Origin: Candidatus Bathyarchaeia archaeon
GTDB lineage: Archaea > Thermoproteota > Bathyarchaeia > 40CM-2-53-6
Assembly: GCA_049513715.1 (NCBI GenBank)
Contig: JBEKVV010000003.1
Location: forward strand, 96,001 to 160,000
Length of the DNA: 64,000 bases
Reading direction: 5' to 3'
The position numbers were made by a program, and so were the translations under genes. Shown one piece after another: positions 39,496 to 49,256 of the stretch (its first letter is position 1; each line of letters opens with the position of its first letter). The notes under the pieces were generated by a model. It was not told the origin of the DNA. It was given only the letters and a program-made list of their open reading frames with translations, and did no database searches.

Positions 39496-40698
39496 CTATT
39501 CCCATTTTTCCCAAGGGACGAATTCTCTACCCAGCAATTGCAGTGCTATGACGATTTTCTGGGCACTTCTAGTGCCTTCGGCGATGACCGCCTGCCTGAC
39601 TACTCGGAAGACTTGTTGAACATCGTATTCCGTGGTTGTTCCAAGCCCCCCATACCATTCGAGGACATCGCTTACAGCCTTAACGCAGTGCTCGGACGCC
39701 ACAAGTTTCGCCGTGGACGCGCCCATCATCGCGTCGAAGAACGAGGCTTTCCCTTTGTGGTACTGGTCGATGAGCCATGCAGCCCGATAGCAGAGCCACT
39801 TGGCCGCTTGAACGTTCGAGTAGTCTTCTGCAAGTTCAAATTGAATGCCTTCATGGGCGCCGATGGGTCGACCGAACGCTTTCCTTTGTCTTATGTATTC
39901 GATCCCTTTTTCAAGAGAAACTTCGGCTGCTGCGACGATGCTCATGGTCGTTGGAACTCGCGCGTGAACAAATGATTCGTAGGTCATCTGGTATCCGGCT
40001 CCCTCGAACCCGACGAGGTAACGTTCTGGGACCCGTGTGTTCTCATACCTGATTCCGCCGATGTCTATTCCCATTCCGGTGTAGTTGGAAGTGGTAATTC
40101 CGTTTGAACTGGACGGAATGTAGAGCAGGCTCATGCCTTTACTTCCCAACTCTGGTCGCGTCTTGACTGAGGTGATGTATCCTCCTCCGTACTTCACAAC
40201 CTCTGGGACGCAGCTGAGACAGATCTTCTCCCCATTGACCACGTACTCTCCGTCGGTTTTCTTCGCCGTTGTGGTTATGGCCGTGAAGTCCGTTCCGCAA
40301 CTTGGCTCAGTGGAGTGTAACGGCGTCACCCAACCATCCTTCACGATTCTTGGAAGAATCTCATCTTTCAACTCTGCATTGCCATAGACTGAGAGCAGGC
40401 GCGCGCATGAAGCACCGTACCATGCGGCCAGGCCCGCGAAGCCGGTGGCGTCACCGCGCGTCAATTCCTCGACTGCGATGATGAAGGTAACGTAATCAGA
40501 ATTCGCACCACCATACTCCGAAGGAAGTAGCAGACCGAAGAAGCCGGCGTCTGTGAGGGCTTTGTGCACTTCCGGCGTGAGAATCCTAGCCTGAGTTAAT
40601 TCCTTGGCTCTCGGTGCAACTGCTTTGCTCATCAGTTCTCGAATACTTCTTCGGAAGAGTTCTTGCTCTTCCGTGAAAGTGAATTCTAATGGCATCAC
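39496..40698 (-). CDS. Acyl-CoA dehydrogenase family protein
   Basis: PSEYGG, STEPSCGTD, YVVNGEK, RKAFGRPI, YGGLG, IAEGT. Confidence 0.92.
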   Translation of the reverse strand: MMPLEFTFTEEQELFRRSIRELMSKAVAPRAKELTQARILTPEVHKALTDAGFFGLLLPSEYGGANSDYVTFIIAVEELTRGDATGFAGLAAWYGASCARLLSVYGNAELKDEILPRIVKDGWVTPLHSTEPSCGTDFTAITTTAKKTDGEYVVNGEKICLSCVPEVVKYGGGYITSVKTRPELGSKGMSLLYIPSSSNGITTSNYTGMGIDIGGIRYENTRVPERYLVGFEGAGYQMTYESFVHARVPTTMSIVAAAEVSLEKGIEYIRQRKAFGRPIGAHEGIQFELAEDYSNVQAAKWLCYRAAWLIDQYHKGKASFFDAMMGASTAKLVASEHCVKAVSDVLEWYGGLGTTTEYDVQQVFRVVRQAVIAEGTRSAQKIVIALQLLGREFVPWEKWE

Positions 40699-40875
40699 AT
40701 AACCTCCTTACTTCATTTTTTTCCTTTGAACTCGGGTTTTCTTTTTGACATGAATGCTGAGACGCAGAAATGAGAAATTGAAGGTGGACTAATATACGGT
40801 ATGGTTCTAATGCGCGTTCGATCCTCAGATGCAACCAGCAATTGAGGAACCGTAGGATGTGGAGCTGGGCACCTC

Positions 40876-41304
40876 TTGTTCGAGATTCCATCTTTCATCG
40901 CTGGGCTCATCGCTTTCCTCTTCGTCTTTCTGCTGATGGGGATGTTGTTCTTTGTTCTCAGAGAGGAGAGAGACAAGACGATGCCGTCGTTGAACACTCT
41001 TGAACCTACTGACTTGGTGAGATTAGAGAATCCTCTTTCATCCGTTGATGCTCCATTCGTTGCGATCATTACGCTGGTAACTCTGGAAGTCGCACTGGAA
41101 GTATTGATAGTTGTCAGCGCCCTTCAAGGAATAGGATCGATTGCTATGGGGACCATGCTCGCGGTCGCAACATTCCTTGCAGCAGCCATCTTGGCAGTCT
41201 ACAGAAGCGCCTTCATGAGCGATGCGTTCACGAGAAAACCTCGGTTGGAGACGGTGGCCGCGCGCCAGCTCGAGAAAGCTCGTCAGAGTGATGAGCATGA
41301 GTGA
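40876..41304 (+). CDS. Three-TM membrane protein, first gene of the Rieske/cyt b operon
   Basis: Three hydrophobic segments; its stop overlaps the Rieske start. Confidence 0.7.
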   Translation: MFEIPSFIAGLIAFLFVFLLMGMLFFVLREERDKTMPSLNTLEPTDLVRLENPLSSVDAPFVAIITLVTLEVALEVLIVVSALQGIGSIAMGTMLAVATFLAAAILAVYRSAFMSDAFTRKPRLETVAARQLEKARQSDEHE

Positions 41305-41935
41305 GAAGATCGCTCCCGATTCTGGAAAGAAAGCGCGGCATTCGGTTAGCAGACGTCACTTTATCCAGATGATGGTTGCCGTAGGTTCCTTGGGAACCGT
41401 CGCCTCCTTTCTAACACTTCTTACGTCTCTCCTACCAGGCTCAGGAACTGGTGAGCAACAGGGCGAAGTTGACAACACCTTCCGGTACGGTCCAGAAAAG
41501 GGAACTTGGTATTCCGACAAGTCAGGGACTGAGGTGAAGGTGGAGGATTTCGATCAGGTCGGAAAGGGTGCGGGAGTCCTTTGGCGCGGTAATATCCCGG
41601 CGATTCTCATCCGCGTTGATGAAAGTAAGCTTCGGGGCGCAACATCGAACAGCGGATTGATTGCCTTTTCGAGCACCTGCACGCATCTCTGCTGCATAGC
41701 CACGTGGCACCTAGACCGACCAAGCGAGGACGTCCTCTTCTGCAGATGCCATGACGGCATCTTCGATCCGTATGATATTGTAAAAGACATCATGCCGAAT
41801 GGTGTCGAGTATAAAGGAGCGAGAGTAGTCGGTGGACCACCGCCGAGAGCTGCGCCGATCATCCCTGTTGAAATAAAGGATGGAAAAGTCGCCGGCGTTC
41901 CCTCGAATCTAGAGACCTATGCGTACTGTGGGTGA
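41297..41935 (+). CDS. Rieske 2Fe-2S subunit of a Rieske/cytochrome b complex
   Basis: Tat motif SRRHFI plus TM; CTHLCC and CRCHDGIF boxes; GGPPPR. Confidence 0.92.
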   Translation: MSEKIAPDSGKKARHSVSRRHFIQMMVAVGSLGTVASFLTLLTSLLPGSGTGEQQGEVDNTFRYGPEKGTWYSDKSGTEVKVEDFDQVGKGAGVLWRGNIPAILIRVDESKLRGATSNSGLIAFSSTCTHLCCIATWHLDRPSEDVLFCRCHDGIFDPYDIVKDIMPNGVEYKGARVVGGPPPRAAPIIPVEIKDGKVAGVPSNLETYAYCG

Positions 41936-43281
41936 ATCACACAATGACCACACGCGGAAAGAGAGTCTACGAATGGCTCGACAGGCGCCTTCTCATCTCT
42001 CCGCTCATTGCGAAAACTCAAAGAACAATCAACTTTGCGTTACCGAGCACGCTCACAAGACAGAATAGATCACGAGTCTTCTGGTTCATTTATCCCTACT
42101 ATTATGCAGGAGCTATCACAGCATTTCTCGCTATCCTGCAAGGAATCACAGGACTCCTTCTCGCCTTCAACTACGTTCCATCCGCCGTCGGCGCCCCAGG
42201 AACACCAACACAGGCCTACTTGAGCGTCCAAAACATCATGAGAACCGTTCCGCTCGGAGCCTTGATCAGAGGAATGCACCAGTGGGGCGCCAACCTTCTA
42301 GTCGCCGCCGTAACCGTCCACGCGTTCTGGGCGTTTTTCCGCAGCCCGTACAGAGTCGGCCGCGAACTGACTTGGTTCCTAGGCGTTTTCAGCCTGGGCT
42401 TGGCACTTGCGTACTCGTTCTCAGGTTATCTCCTTCCGTGGGACCAGTTGGGCTACTGGGCCGCAACTATAAGCATCCAGATAATAAGAGCAATCCCACT
42501 CTTGGGGGACTTCCTAGCTCAGATCCTCTTGGGCGGAACAGGATTATCGGCGACCACACTGACAAGAATCTACTTCTACCACGTGAGTCTCCTCCCTGTT
42601 GTCGCCCTTGTTCTTGTCGGGGCGCATATGCTACTAGTCATCCTTCAGGGAGTGTCGGAACCTGAAGAAGCATGGAAGACCAGAAGCGAAAAGCAAGCAG
42701 CTCCCCTCTTCGGTCCATTGTTTCCACAACAGATTGCTCCAGTCTTGTTAGTCTCTCTGGTTACGCTAGGGATAGTTCTGCTATTGAGTGCATTCGCCGT
42801 CCAATTTCCGGGCGACCCGGCGAACAAGTTCCTGACGCCGCAATTCATAGTTCCAGAGTGGTACTTCCTGTGGGCATATGGACTACTCAAATGGGTAGGA
42901 TGGATCTACGACATGGTACATTTTGCACCTCCATCCGCAGTCTTCGGCGTCGATCTCCTAAGCGCGAAGGTGGTTGGGATCCTATTCGCCGCGGTATTGT
43001 TCCTCGTCCTTCTACTCCTACCCATAATTGACCGTGGCAAAGAAATCCGGGCGCTTCGGAGACCACTGAAGACAGCCATAGGCGTGTGGGCGATCGGATT
43101 TCTGGCCACCCTGACGCTCTATGCCTTGAATGAGATTCTATCAGTAGATCTTTCTATTCCAATCGATACGCTGAATCTGATTCTCGGATCCATCGTAATC
43201 ACTGTACCCCTCGTCGTAGCCGCACCCGTCTACTTGATGCTCCACCAACATGTGGCGAGGGGGCTTCATAGGAGGGAATGA
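41932..43281 (+). CDS. Cytochrome b (b and subunit IV fused)
   Basis: HQWGAN...H, GYLLPWDQLGYWA, FYH...AH, PEWY. Confidence 0.93.
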   Translation: MNHTMTTRGKRVYEWLDRRLLISPLIAKTQRTINFALPSTLTRQNRSRVFWFIYPYYYAGAITAFLAILQGITGLLLAFNYVPSAVGAPGTPTQAYLSVQNIMRTVPLGALIRGMHQWGANLLVAAVTVHAFWAFFRSPYRVGRELTWFLGVFSLGLALAYSFSGYLLPWDQLGYWAATISIQIIRAIPLLGDFLAQILLGGTGLSATTLTRIYFYHVSLLPVVALVLVGAHMLLVILQGVSEPEEAWKTRSEKQAAPLFGPLFPQQIAPVLLVSLVTLGIVLLLSAFAVQFPGDPANKFLTPQFIVPEWYFLWAYGLLKWVGWIYDMVHFAPPSAVFGVDLLSAKVVGILFAAVLFLVLLLLPIIDRGKEIRALRRPLKTAIGVWAIGFLATLTLYALNEILSVDLSIPIDTLNLILGSIVITVPLVVAAPVYLMLHQHVARGLHRRE

Positions 43282-43282
43282 A

Positions 43283-45193
43283 ATGGATCTCATCAGAAAT
43301 ATCTTTCAGTTTGTTCCTCTGCCCTTCGTTATTGCTTGGTGGATAATTGCAGCAGTCACAGTCTACCTGTTCTTTGTCGGCCTCAGAAGACACGTGCGTG
43401 CTTGGATGAAAGGAAGACCTGAGAAGGTCTCGGGTACTCGGCTTTCTAGGTTAGGTAGATTCGTCTCGCTTGGTCTTGGGCAGTCAAAGGTTCTCAACAA
43501 GAAGTACAACGGAATCAACCATTTGTTGATCTCGATAATCGGCTTCCTGTTGCTCCTCGGAATGTTCTTCCCAGTTCTCGAAACAATCGTAGGCTACGTC
43601 GCCTTACTCTTTGGGGTTGGATTGGTACTGCTGGAATTCAGGCGCCTCAAAACCACCGAGCCGAAGCTTGAGACCGCCTGGGAGGACTCGTTCGTATACG
43701 GCGTAATTGTCGCGATGGCAGTTTCAGGGTTCCTCATGATGGGTGTCAATACTTGGGCTTGGAGGTCTCCGGTAGGCAGCCTGCTCTCTCCACTCTTTGG
43801 TTCACTGGGGCCGAAGGCGCTTGTTGAAGTCTACCCGAGCCTATGGTTGCTTCACTCTGCGCTTGTCTTCTCACTCATTGCCTACATACCAAACTCACGC
43901 CTGATACACCTAATCACTTCTCCCCTCAACATCTACTACACGCCAACGGCCGTGAAAGGCGAGTTATCAACGCCCTTCGATCTGAAGCAGATGATGGAGA
44001 CGGGAAACTTCGATGTCAAGATCGGAGCCACCGAAATTGATGACTTTACTTGGCGCCAGAAGCTCAGCTTCGACTCATGCACCCTGTGCAAACGCTGCAC
44101 AGACGCCTGCCCAGCAACAACCGCCGGAACGAAACTATCACCCATGCACCTCATACTCAAACTAAAGAATCATGAATTAGCTCTCGACACCGATCGACAT
44201 CTCCATGGAGATGTAATAGATGCAGAAGAGCTTTGGGCGTGTACTACTTGTCGTGCGTGCGTGCAGGAATGCCCTGTCCTCATTCAACACGTCGAGGCCA
44301 TCTATGATATGCGTAGGCATCTAATGGCTGAAGGAAAGGTGGACCGAAAAAAAAGAGACCTCATCACTTACCTCTCGACCGCCGGCAACCCATACGGGCT
44401 CCCCAGCTCAGACCGAATGAAATGGGCAGACGGGCTGGACGTCAAGCTGTGGGGCGAAGAACCTGACCAAGAAATCCTGTACTGGGTTGGATGCGCAGGA
44501 TCATACGACATGAGGAACCAAATGGTTTCACGCGCCTTCGTCAAAATCATGAGAACAGCAGGCGTGAGATTCGGTGTCCTAGGAAACGAGGAAAAATGCA
44601 ACTGTGAAGTTGCCCGCCGAGTCGGAGAGGAGGGAAGATTCCAGCAAGCAGCGACGGAATTGATAGAGCTGATGAACAAGCGCGGTGTGAAGAAGATTGT
44701 CACCCAATGTCCACACTGCTTCAACACTTTCAAGAACGAGTATCCGAGATTCGGCGCAGAGTTCGAAGTCGTGCACCACACGCAACTCATATCGAAACTG
44801 ATACGCGATGGGAGGCTGAGGCTCAAGGAAGGAAAGGGGCAGAGCATTGCATTCCATGATCCTTGCTACTTGGGCAGATACAACGAAGAGTACGAAGCTC
44901 CGCGCGAAACAATTCGAACCATCTCGGCCGGAAAACTGGTGGAATTGCCTAGATGTCGTGCGAAGAGTTTCTGTTGCGGCGGCGGAGGTGGAAACACGTG
45001 GTATACCGTGGAAGCCGAGAAGAAACCTAGCGTGATAAGGATCGAGGAGGCGCGTAAGGTAGGCCCTAGCATCCTTGCAGCAGCATGTCCGTATTGCATC
45101 TCCATGTTCGAGGACGCCTCAAAGGCCCTAGGAACATCGGAGAGCATGCCAATCAAAGATATAGCCGAGTTAGTCGTTGAAGCATTAGAGTAA
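43283..45193 (+). CDS. Membrane Fe-S oxidoreductase (FadF/HdrD-like; probable ETF:quinone oxidoreductase)
   Basis: N-terminal TM domain with His residues; CTLCKRCTDACP and CTTCRACVQECP; two CCG domains (GCAGSYD, CPHC, HDPCYLGR, FCCGGGGG, ACPYC). Confidence 0.9.
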   Translation: MDLIRNIFQFVPLPFVIAWWIIAAVTVYLFFVGLRRHVRAWMKGRPEKVSGTRLSRLGRFVSLGLGQSKVLNKKYNGINHLLISIIGFLLLLGMFFPVLETIVGYVALLFGVGLVLLEFRRLKTTEPKLETAWEDSFVYGVIVAMAVSGFLMMGVNTWAWRSPVGSLLSPLFGSLGPKALVEVYPSLWLLHSALVFSLIAYIPNSRLIHLITSPLNIYYTPTAVKGELSTPFDLKQMMETGNFDVKIGATEIDDFTWRQKLSFDSCTLCKRCTDACPATTAGTKLSPMHLILKLKNHELALDTDRHLHGDVIDAEELWACTTCRACVQECPVLIQHVEAIYDMRRHLMAEGKVDRKKRDLITYLSTAGNPYGLPSSDRMKWADGLDVKLWGEEPDQEILYWVGCAGSYDMRNQMVSRAFVKIMRTAGVRFGVLGNEEKCNCEVARRVGEEGRFQQAATELIELMNKRGVKKIVTQCPHCFNTFKNEYPRFGAEFEVVHHTQLISKLIRDGRLRLKEGKGQSIAFHDPCYLGRYNEEYEAPRETIRTISAGKLVELPRCRAKSFCCGGGGGNTWYTVEAEKKPSVIRIEEARKVGPSILAAACPYCISMFEDASKALGTSESMPIKDIAELVVEALE

Positions 45194-45212
45194 TTGTAAT
45201 CGAACAGGCCGA

Positions 45213-46259
45213 GTGATGTTGAAGAACATTAAGGTAGTCCAATATGGCTTGGGGCCGATCGGACTCGGAATCGTTGACGTCCTTCTAGCTAGACCGTGGG
45301 TTCAGTTGGTCGGCGCAATAGACATCGACAAGAAAAAAGTTGGAAAAGATGTGGGCCAACTCCTTGAGAACCCTAAGAACACAGGAGTGATCGTTAGCGA
45401 TAAGGCGAGTGACGTACTGAAACGTACATCTCCCCACGTTGTGACACACGCCACTTCCTCATACATGAAGACAGTACACCCTCAAGTTTCGGAACTCGTC
45501 CGTTATGGCGTGAATGTTGTTTCAACAGCTGAAGAGCTCTCGTATCCTTTTGTCAAGTACCCAGATTTGGCCAAAGAACTAGACGACCGCGCCAAGGAGA
45601 AGAAAGTGGTCGTGCTTGGGACGGGAGTGAATCCTGGCTTTCTGCTTGACACTCTGGTAGTAGTCATGAGCGGAGTATGCCAGAAAGTCAATTCGATTCG
45701 GGCTGAGCGAGTAGTAGACGCGTCTAGACGAAGGCTGCCACTTCAAAGGAAGATTGGAGCAGGACTGACCCCCGCAGAGTTCGAAAAGAAGGTCGCAGAA
45801 GGATCGATAAAACACGTAGGCTTGCCAGAATCTGTGGGTCTCATTGCCCTAGCAATGGGATGGAAAGTAGGCGAAATCCAAGAGAGAATCACCCCAATAG
45901 TTGCCGAGAAAGATGTGAGCAGTGAGTTCTTGAAAGTTCCAGCTGGCGCTGTCGCAGGTGTACGGCAGGTCGCGAAAGGAATCCTAGCCGGTTTCGAATT
46001 AGTTGTGCTTGATTTGAGAATGTACTTGGGCGCCCAGAATCCGCATGATTCGATTTTGATAGATGGTCTTCCACCTGTCGATATGACGATTCGGGGAGGA
46101 GTTCATGGAGATATCGCAACGCCTGCGACCATCGTCAACTCGCTTCCGAAGATTGAGCGTTTGGAACCAGGCTTGCGAACGATGGTTGACCTCCCACCTA
46201 TCGCACCTTGCCTGAATTTCCCTGAAAGCGACCGGTCAGTTATGCTCAAGACATTCTAG
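45213..46259 (+). CDS. 2,4-diaminopentanoate dehydrogenase-like NAD(P)-dependent amine dehydrogenase
   Basis: YGLGPIG, STAEELSYP, GTGVNPGF, HVGLPES, GDIAT. Confidence 0.82.
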   Translation: MMLKNIKVVQYGLGPIGLGIVDVLLARPWVQLVGAIDIDKKKVGKDVGQLLENPKNTGVIVSDKASDVLKRTSPHVVTHATSSYMKTVHPQVSELVRYGVNVVSTAEELSYPFVKYPDLAKELDDRAKEKKVVVLGTGVNPGFLLDTLVVVMSGVCQKVNSIRAERVVDASRRRLPLQRKIGAGLTPAEFEKKVAEGSIKHVGLPESVGLIALAMGWKVGEIQERITPIVAEKDVSSEFLKVPAGAVAGVRQVAKGILAGFELVVLDLRMYLGAQNPHDSILIDGLPPVDMTIRGGVHGDIATPATIVNSLPKIERLEPGLRTMVDLPPIAPCLNFPESDRSVMLKTF

Positions 46260-46410
46260 TGTCTCTCAAGCTTTATCTTGAATTGGATGACTCTGGGCGC
46301 AGTCGCTCACTTAGATGATTGGCTGCCTCCGTCTATTTTCGGCGTGACTGAGTGTGGGTAATCTTAGGTGGACCGGAATGTTACTTGCAGCTTGAGAAGG
46401 TGCTCCGCCC

Positions 46411-47718
46411 CTAACCTTTGACAGATTGTTCAATGGTTGATGTCAGGTGCTCTATGTCGGCGCCTGTGTGCGCATAACTAATTGAGGCGTGAAGGTTGTC
46501 GGGCAGTATCATCAGTATTCCGTTTTCAAGCAGGCTGGCAAACAGTTTCTTGGATAGTTTCTCATCGCTAGTTGCATAGCACGATGTGTCCAGGATTGGC
46601 TTTTTCGCTGTTGTATGAATGCCTACGAGTGATTTGATTCCGGTTGCTTGAGCTGAGACTTTGTTCTCCTCGAAGATACGGTTCAAGTCATTCCGGCATT
46701 TGTCTCCTAGCTTGCCGATGTGGTCGTAGACCGGCGAGTGCTCGAGAGTGTTGATTGTGGCTAACCCAGCCGCGAGTGTAATTGCATTGCCTGCGAAGGT
46801 TCCACCGTGATAGGCGTAGTCTAATCCCGAGAACTTGGTGTGGTCCATTCGCTCCACTACTTCCCGACGACCGCAAACGGCACCGATTGGGAAACCTCCG
46901 CCGATTATTTTTCCTAAGACGGTTACATCCGGCTTGACTCCAAAGTATCCTTGCGCCCCACCCAATCCAAGCCTGAAACCTGTGATCACCTCATCGAAAA
47001 CCAGCAAGGCACCTGTATCGTCGCAGTATTCGCGCAATCCCTTGAGGAACTCCTTTTGTGCGGGTATCATGCCACCCGCTCCGAGAACGGGTTCCAGGAT
47101 TACGCATGCCAACTTTTCCCCTTTTACTCGTTCAAGGAAACCAGTCAGGTCATTGTAGGGCACGACGGTCGTATCCTGCTGGGACGATGACGTGATGCCC
47201 CCCGAAGGGGGTTTGTCAAATGGCGGTTTCATCGCTACATGCAATGGATCGTAAGCGCCGTGCCAGCAACCTTCAAACTTCGCGATCATAGAGCGCTTCG
47301 TGAATGTTCTTGCCAAACGAATTGCGAAGAAATCCGCTTCACTCCCGGAACTAGTGTAACGAACAAGCTCTGCACTGGGGACATGCTTGCAGAGAGATTC
47401 AGCGTGCGTCACCTCCAATTCATGTACGAGGCCGAAATGCCAGCCGCTCTCAGCTTGAGTCTTCACAGCTTGCATTACTACAGGGTGTGCATGACCCAGA
47501 ATCATTGCGAAATGAGTACACCAGTAATCCGTGTACGAGTTACCATCAATGTCGGTCAGTTTGGCGCCTTTGGCTTCTTTGACGAAGAACGGGTACGGCT
47601 CGAAATATCTGTTCTTGTAGGAAACTCCTGCGGGCTCAACTTTCCTAGCGCGCTGGAACATTGCCCGAGACCTTGGAGTGCGCTTTGAGTATTGCGACTC
47701 AACGAGAGAAGGCTTCAA
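46411..47718 (-). CDS. Class III PLP aminotransferase (glutamate-1-semialdehyde aminomutase-like)
   Basis: SSGSEA, KFEGCWHG, FDEVITGFR, GKIIGGGFP, GTFAGN. Confidence 0.9.
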   Translation of the reverse strand: MKPSLVESQYSKRTPRSRAMFQRARKVEPAGVSYKNRYFEPYPFFVKEAKGAKLTDIDGNSYTDYWCTHFAMILGHAHPVVMQAVKTQAESGWHFGLVHELEVTHAESLCKHVPSAELVRYTSSGSEADFFAIRLARTFTKRSMIAKFEGCWHGAYDPLHVAMKPPFDKPPSGGITSSSQQDTTVVPYNDLTGFLERVKGEKLACVILEPVLGAGGMIPAQKEFLKGLREYCDDTGALLVFDEVITGFRLGLGGAQGYFGVKPDVTVLGKIIGGGFPIGAVCGRREVVERMDHTKFSGLDYAYHGGTFAGNAITLAAGLATINTLEHSPVYDHIGKLGDKCRNDLNRIFEENKVSAQATGIKSLVGIHTTAKKPILDTSCYATSDEKLSKKLFASLLENGILMILPDNLHASISYAHTGADIEHLTSTIEQSVKG

Positions 47719-48038
47719 GAAACATCCATAGCTTGTTTGCGAGCTTGGAAATTTCAGGTTTTCTGCTGACGCCTAACCTTGCTAGGACTCTGTCATAAAG
47801 ACCATGTGGATGCAGCGCGAGTTTGCAAGTACATCAACGAAATATCAAAATCCAGACGCTTCGTCATGCAGCTCGATGACGCTTGGCATATGCATCGACT
47901 TACATCAGGTGTTCATATTGCGGGCAGACGATACCGCGTGAGTCACCCTACTGCCCTTATTGTCAACACAAGTTTCTGTTGAAAGGACTTGGGCTGTAAT
48001 CGGTAATAACCCTGGTAAGTGTGTTTTCGCGCAAACTG

Positions 48039-49256
48039 TTAAGCTAGGACAAAACCGTCGACGATGCTGATGTATCTGAGCGTGCCTTTTCTCGTCATCC
48101 GCGTTAGGGTTTCATCGACCTCTTCAATCCTGTAACCATCCTTCACTGCCAACGCCACCAGATCACGCTTGTCGTAAGTGTAACCAGGGGTCTGAAAGGA
48201 CTTGAGCAGCAGCTCTTGGCAGCGCGCAAGTCTGCTCTCATCCAGTTCTTGAGATTCACGCTTTTTTGGTGGCCTCTTAGCTTCAAGTGACCGGGCCGGA
48301 ATCTTGAACCGCTTGGAAACCATCTGCGCGAACACGCCGCTAGCTCCATAGAAGGTTAGTACGGCTTTTGGTCTCGCTTCTTGCACGAATTCGAGAAGCT
48401 GATTGAGGTCTGCTTGATCGCTCAATCGGAAGAACGCGGACTCTTCGCTGGCAATCTTTGGTCGCGAGCTTGAAACGTAGGCTGTCCTGAAGTTCCCATA
48501 ACGAGAGGTGTCGAAACGCCTCGGGACAATCACAATGCACCCTGACTTCTCAATCATCTTCGCAGCCTCTTCAGTTGAAGCGTCCAGATACTGAAGCCCA
48601 ACCCCGCTACTTTCGTATGCTCGGTTGATTCGCGCTATTCGGGGATGGACTATCACGGGCATCTTTGTCCACGTATTGAATATCCTCACAAGTTCCTGCG
48701 CATTGCCGATGGCATCTGTTTCGAAGGACGGAACTCTGTTGTCCTCGACACATTCCAGAGCCCACTTCACAATCTCAGCGACCACTGATTGGCGGTCGGC
48801 TGTGGAGGTAGGAGCTGTAGCATAGGGTGCTTCCAAGACGAGTAGGTCACAGGGAGCAACATCGGCCGCACGAAGGAGTAGCGTGTCTTGGAAGTTGAGG
48901 TGGCTGGCATATACGACGGTTCCCTCAGGAGTGATTATCTCATATTGTACGCTCCCTAGCACATGTCCCGCATTGTGCGCCTCGACTTCAACTGCTCCAA
49001 GCTTTGCGCGTCTGCCGACACGAATTTCTTGCCAGTTTCCGACTTTTTTCTTGCTGTCAGATTCATAGATCTCCTTAGTTTCTTTCGTGGAGTATTTCTT
49101 CTGAATAGGAAAGGCGAATCCTAGCGCGTGATCGTAGTGTACATGGGAAATGAACACGTCGTCTACGATGGTATCACTTTCATTGGGATCGAAGAGCAGT
49201 TTGGTTTCATCCCAACGGACGAATACTCCGTTAGACCATCTGACAAGAGGCTTCAG
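48039..49256 (-). CDS. Metallo-beta-lactamase-fold (beta-CASP-like) nuclease; probable CTG start
   Basis: LLFDP...FISHVHYDH, AGHVLGS, LVLEA; the frame is open upstream of 49157 to a CTG at 49256 preceded by GAGGT. Confidence 0.8.
   Translation of the reverse strand: MKPLVRWSNGVFVRWDETKLLFDPNESDTIVDDVFISHVHYDHALGFAFPIQKKYSTKETKEIYESDSKKKVGNWQEIRVGRRAKLGAVEVEAHNAGHVLGSVQYEIITPEGTVVYASHLNFQDTLLLRAADVAPCDLLVLEAPYATAPTSTADRQSVVAEIVKWALECVEDNRVPSFETDAIGNAQELVRIFNTWTKMPVIVHPRIARINRAYESSGVGLQYLDASTEEAAKMIEKSGCIVIVPRRFDTSRYGNFRTAYVSSSRPKIASEESAFFRLSDQADLNQLLEFVQEARPKAVLTFYGASGVFAQMVSKRFKIPARSLEAKRPPKKRESQELDESRLARCQELLLKSFQTPGYTYDKRDLVALAVKDGYRIEEVDETLTRMTRKGTLRYISIVDGFVLA

Noticed and set aside
46411..47718. 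Calling the aminotransferase hemL
   Set aside because: No tetrapyrrole genes nearby and the N-terminal motif differs (PAGVSYKNR); specificity is uncertain
47779..47982. 67-aa ORF between the aminotransferase and the MBL nuclease
   Set aside because: No recognisable motif or ribosome-binding site; cannot be supported as a gene
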